Shown: piece after piece, positions 31,794-32,000 of the stretch | Numbering within the stretch: position 1 is the first letter of the stretch | Layout of the letters: every line of letters starts with the position of its first letter | Assembly: GCA_000025185.1 (NCBI GenBank) | Contig: CP001848.1 | Coordinates: forward strand, 1,170,001 to 1,202,000 | Direction of reading: 5' to 3' | Source: Pirellula staleyi DSM 6068 | GTDB lineage: Bacteria; Planctomycetota; Planctomycetia; Pirellulales; Pirellulaceae | DNA length: 32,000 nt | Program-made: the position numbers and the translations under genes | Notes under the pieces: generated by a model | Told to the model about the DNA's origin: nothing | The model's input: the letters and a program-made list of their open reading frames with translations, nothing else | Database searches by the model: none

Positions 31794-32000
31794 CTACTGC
31801 CGAGCCGACTTCCAGCCCGAATCGTCCCAAATCTCTTCGTTTTGCACCACCGGTGCGGCCACCGCGTGGGTCGGAGCCGACAGCGAAACCTCGCTCGCGT
31901 GGGCGGGAATTTCGTAGCTCATCTTCCGCTGCATGCTCGCCGCGCGATGTTCCGAGGGTCGGCCATACACAGCAGGCACAACCTGCCAGCGGGGATCACG
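31794..32000 (-). CDS. C-terminal end of an unidentified protein whose start lies beyond the right window edge
   Basis: The reading frame of the 61-aa track ORF stays open upstream to position 32000 (...RDPRWQVVPAVYGRPSEHR...). I recognise no motif, and it may not be coding. Confidence 0.25.
   Translation of the reverse strand, partial: RDPRWQVVPAVYGRPSEHRAASMQRKMSYEIPAHASEVSLSAPTHAVAAPVVQNEEIWDDSGWKSARQ

Noticed and set aside
1-32000. Search for CRISPR repeats, IS elements or transposases, integrases, phage genes, toxin-antitoxin pairs and classic defence-system signatures
   Set aside because: I saw no regularly spaced direct repeats, no terminal inverted repeats bracketing an ORF, and no DDE, tyrosine-recombinase or serine-recombinase motifs. 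I also saw no restriction-modification, Cas or ABC-ATPase defence hallmarks in any ORF. The Top6A Toprim protein is full-length Topo VI with its own B subunit, not a Wadjet/JetD-like fragment.

Overview
GC-rich bacterial chromosomal segment, roughly 55-60% GC by eye, with two lower-GC stretches. The gene content looks Planctomycetota/Pirellulales-like: a secreted prenyltransferase/squalene-oxidase-repeat protein, a XylR-type AraC regulator, many signal-peptide proteins of unknown function, long spacers and few Shine-Dalgarno (SD) sites. This taxonomic guess is inference only. Left to right: (1) A minus-strand sugar-acid module: UxaB-like tagaturonate reductase (truncated at the edge), LgoD-like Zn dehydrogenase and L-galactose-dehydrogenase-like aldo/keto reductase, with a divergent XylR-type regulator. 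(2) Two secreted proteins, an orphan groES and a long coiled-coil protein. (3) A translationally coupled DUF692 (MNIO) + DUF2063 pair with no recognisable precursor gene, followed by a lower-GC stretch holding a beta-carbonic-anhydrase-like protein and an apparently frameshifted small gene. (4) The conserved rpsB-tsf-pyrH-frr block, with unusually long, hairpin-rich spacers. (5) A secreted GDPD phosphodiesterase and a two-TM membrane protein. (6) A complete bacterial topoisomerase VI (top6A, top6B), split by an opposite-strand small membrane-protein gene. (7) A two-gene operon of small His/Tyr/Pro-rich secreted proteins with strong SD sites and a clean terminator. (8) A six-gene operon, partly overlap-coupled: a membrane-anchored vWA/MIDAS protein whose TM helix carries a TonB/TolA-like S-x3-H-x6-L signature, a secreted TPR-like protein, ExbB, two ExbD paralogs and an 834-aa TPR-like protein. 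I saw no rRNA, tRNA, CRISPR array, transposase or integrase. The best candidates for undescribed biology are the ExbBD stator operon with a vWA-headed TonB-like anchor, the precursor-less MNIO/DUF2063 pair, and the split bacterial Topo VI locus. All homology statements rest on motif recognition by eye, not on searches.
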